Shown piece by piece: positions 62,968 to 64,000 of a stretch of 64,000 bases of DNA (position 1 is its first letter; each line of letters begins with the position of its first letter). The notes under the pieces were generated by a model. It saw nothing but the letters and a program-made list of their open reading frames with translations. It was not told the origin of the DNA and searched no databases. A program made the position numbers and the translations under genes. Origin of the DNA: a virus; the IMG/VR virus record IMGVR_UViG_3300044713_000119, positions 2,692-66,691 of that record. One strand, 5' to 3'.

Positions 62968-63768
62968 CTAGTTGCCTCCTCTCGCGTTCGCCAAAGCCCG
63001 TTCCATAAGCGGCCGCACCAGTCGCACAATCAACTTGCTCTTCGCCAGCCATTTTCCAAACGTGGAGTAGAACCACAAAACCGGCTTCGAGTACCAATGC
63101 TTGTGTCTCCAGGTATTCCACAGCCAGTTGCGAACAAGGTTCGTGCGTTCTCCGTACCAGAAGTTCTCACCAAAAACGGCCGCCGCGAGGTGACACGCCG
63201 CCAGTCCAGCACCAGTGCCAGCGCCGGTAAGTGACCCAGAGATAGCTGAGTTCCATGGTCCGTAAGACGCGACTCCCAACTGAGTGAGATCCCCAATGGC
63301 AGCACTGTTCCCACCGACGGCCGTGTTGAATTGGTTGTTGTAAGCATTTGCCTGCTGCAGCGGTAACTGAGCTCCCCATTGCTGGTATTCAACGTTTTTG
63401 CTCTGATCCTGCGCTGCGCGTTCTGCACTCAACTGGTCGGCTAACCTCATCTTTTGTAGCGACAAATCCCGAGTAGCTCCGACCGTTGCTCCTGTATTCT
63501 CTCCACCGGTGCGTGCGTTGTTTGCGCGCAACTCTTGCGCTCCGGCATTGTTCGCAGCATCAAGTGCACCCGATTGTAGCCGATTGACGTTCCCTAGATA
63601 TGCGGCTGATTGCCATGGGTTCGCAAGGACGTTTTCGCCGGCTGCGAGTTTCCCTTCATTGCTAGAAAACTGGCTAAGAGCTCCGGTTTCCCCAGTCGCA
63701 GCCGACTGCTGAACGGGAGTAAGTGAGTTGACTTGGTTGCTTGCCTCGGCCTGCCCTGTGCGCGCCAA
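62968..63768 (-). CDS. Putative ejection/pilot protein with C-terminal CFI-box-CTERM-like domain
   Basis: Gln/Ala/Asn-rich body, Gly-rich segment, then CHLAAAVFG...VRNWLW...WFYSTFGKWLA. Confidence 0.6.
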   Translation of the reverse strand: MARTGQAEASNQVNSLTPVQQSAATGETGALSQFSSNEGKLAAGENVLANPWQSAAYLGNVNRLQSGALDAANNAGAQELRANNARTGGENTGATVGATRDLSLQKMRLADQLSAERAAQDQSKNVEYQQWGAQLPLQQANAYNNQFNTAVGGNSAAIGDLTQLGVASYGPWNSAISGSLTGAGTGAGLAACHLAAAVFGENFWYGERTNLVRNWLWNTWRHKHWYSKPVLWFYSTFGKWLAKSKLIVRLVRPLMERALANARGGN

Positions 63769-63769
63769 A

Positions 63770-64000
63770 TTACGCCACCCATCTGAAGAACGGAGCCATG
63801 GCGTCCGTATCTTCGGTGAACTTCGCTGCTTTCATTGTGCGCCGGAACCGCGGACCGTCCTGAAGTAATTCCTTTGGAACAAACGCTCTCACCATGCGTA
63901 TTCCGTACATCTGCGCGACCGGAAGGAACAATTCGTCGACGCGCGCTACATCCTCGCGCGAAAGTGCGGTCGAGGTTGCGGTACAGAGCTCCAGTTCTGC
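63770..64000 (-). CDS. Virion-associated GNAT-fold-like protein (T7 gp13 / P22 gp14 position), 5' end truncated
   Basis: Manual translation ...YGIRMVRAFVPKELL...RRTMKAAKF...FFRWVA*; lies before the ejection genes. Confidence 0.4.
   Translation of the reverse strand, partial: AELELCTATSTALSREDVARVDELFLPVAQMYGIRMVRAFVPKELLQDGPRFRRTMKAAKFTEDTDAMAPFFRWVA

Noticed and set aside
1-64000. Genome-wide stop-codon reassignment
   Set aside because: Long genes are intact in the standard code and TAA, TAG and TGA all end coupled genes; only one isolated in-frame TGA was found

Overview
The window is almost entirely the genome of a tailed dsDNA bacteriophage with podovirus-like morphogenesis (P22/T7-style portal, scaffold, capsid, adaptor, nozzle and ejection proteins; no tape measure). 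The host is probably Acidobacteria-like (inference). The left and right ends both cut into the leftward virion operon, so the window looks like a circularly permuted, nearly complete genome. Leftward arm 1-31.4 kb: nozzle, adaptor, capsid, scaffold, portal, lysis genes and a large block of Cys-rich tail-fibre/adhesin proteins, nearly all with Sec-type signal peptides. 31.4-33 kb: a C5 DNA methyltransferase whose motifs are interleaved between two overlapping reading frames, and a divergent control region with an RHH regulator. Rightward arm 33-49 kb: YqaJ exonuclease and annealase, HNH endonucleases, N4/N6 MTase, O-like replication initiator, VRR-NUC, then an accessory array (Acb2/Tad1-like sponge, radical SAM, ART-like module) in which individual genes and domains are bracketed by their own 10-18 bp direct repeats. 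Leftward arm 49-64 kb: ejection proteins, a 3181-aa polyvalent protein with an Acb1-like 2H phosphoesterase, a LAGLIDADG endonuclease and the terminase genes. No integrase, tRNA, CRISPR array or reverse transcriptase was recognised. All product calls rest on motif recognition by eye; no searches were run.
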